NCBI GenBank assembly: GCA_965197745.1
Contig: CBDANS010000006.1
Coordinates: forward strand, 1,152,001 to 1,216,000
DNA: 64,000 nucleotides
Origin: Opitutales bacterium
Lineage (GTDB): Bacteria; Verrucomicrobiota; Verrucomicrobiia; Opitutales; PNEW01
Direction: 5' to 3'
This document shows, in pieces, positions 63,313 to 64,000 of this stretch (position 1 is the stretch's first letter; every line of letters begins with the position of its first letter). Both the position numbers and the translations under genes were made by a program. The notes beneath the pieces are model-generated. The model saw nothing but the letters and a program-made list of their open reading frames with translations, was not told the origin of the DNA and made no database searches.

Positions 63313-63560
63313 AATCCAATTCCTTTCCTTGAGTGTTAATGAGCTGTGGATTCTTATCTTCTCTCCAATCAAATTGAATAGCGATAGAGATCAAATTTCG
63401 CTCAATTAACACGCATTCGCAAATAATTAGGACGGAATTAATAACGCCCGGTATTCCGCCGATAATCGTCGCTTGGACCGTAATTAAAACCTGTGAGCAA
63501 TCGCTAATTGCCTGATGATTAGCGCATTCAATTAAGCGGGGTGTGTAGTGTGCACGTCAC

Positions 63561-64000
63561 TTATCTAAACATCCCCACTTTGTGCAATATAGAATTAAAC
63601 CGTAAATCGTCACGAATAGGATCGAAGGCGGGATCGTGACTGATAACAAAAAGCCAGGGAGCGCTTTCCTCAAGGGCTTTTTCAAGCCATTCAAGGGCTT
63701 TTCCATAATTACCCAATCCTATATAGACGATAGCAATAAAATTGGGCTGTATATATTCATGGCTCGAACGCTCTTTCAAGTCGTCGAGTATTTTTCGAGC
63801 TTCGTTATGCTCACCGGAAATAGCGTAGGCCCATCCCAAAGTGGCTGTCGTCCACGCGCTTTCTCCCGAGAAAATCACTGATTTTTGAAGCTGGGTGATA
63901 CCCTTTTTATAACGGGCTTGAATGATGTAAACCTGGCCCAGGAGGTAATGGGCAAGAGCAAATTGGGGATCGAGTTCGAGTGCTTTGATTAACCGGGCTT
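63561..64000 (-). CDS. C-terminal TPR region of a larger protein (kinase/cyclase-TPR type); 5' end outside the window
   Basis: Frame open to the window edge: ALELDPQFALAHYLLGQVY...ALEWLEKA..DPAFDPIRDD.RF. Confidence 0.85.
   Translation of the reverse strand, partial: ARLIKALELDPQFALAHYLLGQVYIIQARYKKGITQLQKSVIFSGESAWTTATLGWAYAISGEHNEARKILDDLKERSSHEYIQPNFIAIVYIGLGNYGKALEWLEKALEESAPWLFVISHDPAFDPIRDDLRFNSILHKVGMFR

Overview
Bacterial genomic window. The host is probably a Verrucomicrobiota/Opitutales-like organism, an inference from an Opitutus-type C-terminal domain, REP-like palindromes and many PhyH, ThDP and family-5 ABC genes. The left 47 kb is a heavily eroded, IS3-riddled region, and the right 17 kb is mostly intact catabolic genes. 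No rRNA, tRNA, CRISPR array or integrase gene was recognised. Main observations: (1) Two host genes, a membrane/zinc-ribbon protein and an ABC solute-binding protein, are each split by an island (about 26 kb and 9.5 kb) with the same layout. That layout is an IS3 'A' copy at the left, cargo, an IS3 'B' left end on the minus strand, and an AT-rich end with ATTCCT direct repeats that stops exactly at TCGGTT, where the host reading frame resumes. A third such end interrupts an IS at the same CGGTT motif. (2) Several 23-31 nt micro-insertions built on GC-GNA-GC mini-hairpins sit inside transposase genes and break them. (3) The cargo arrays are small cassette-like genes (GNAT, HIT, methyltransferases, phosphotransferases, a full-length ANT(2'')/AadB homologue) with only half-attC-like remnants and many point-nonsense lesions. 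(4) A 545-bp TIR-bounded non-autonomous element carries a vsr pseudogene, with a second partial copy. (5) Three secreted proteins form a paralogous family, two of them sharing an unnamed C-terminal domain.
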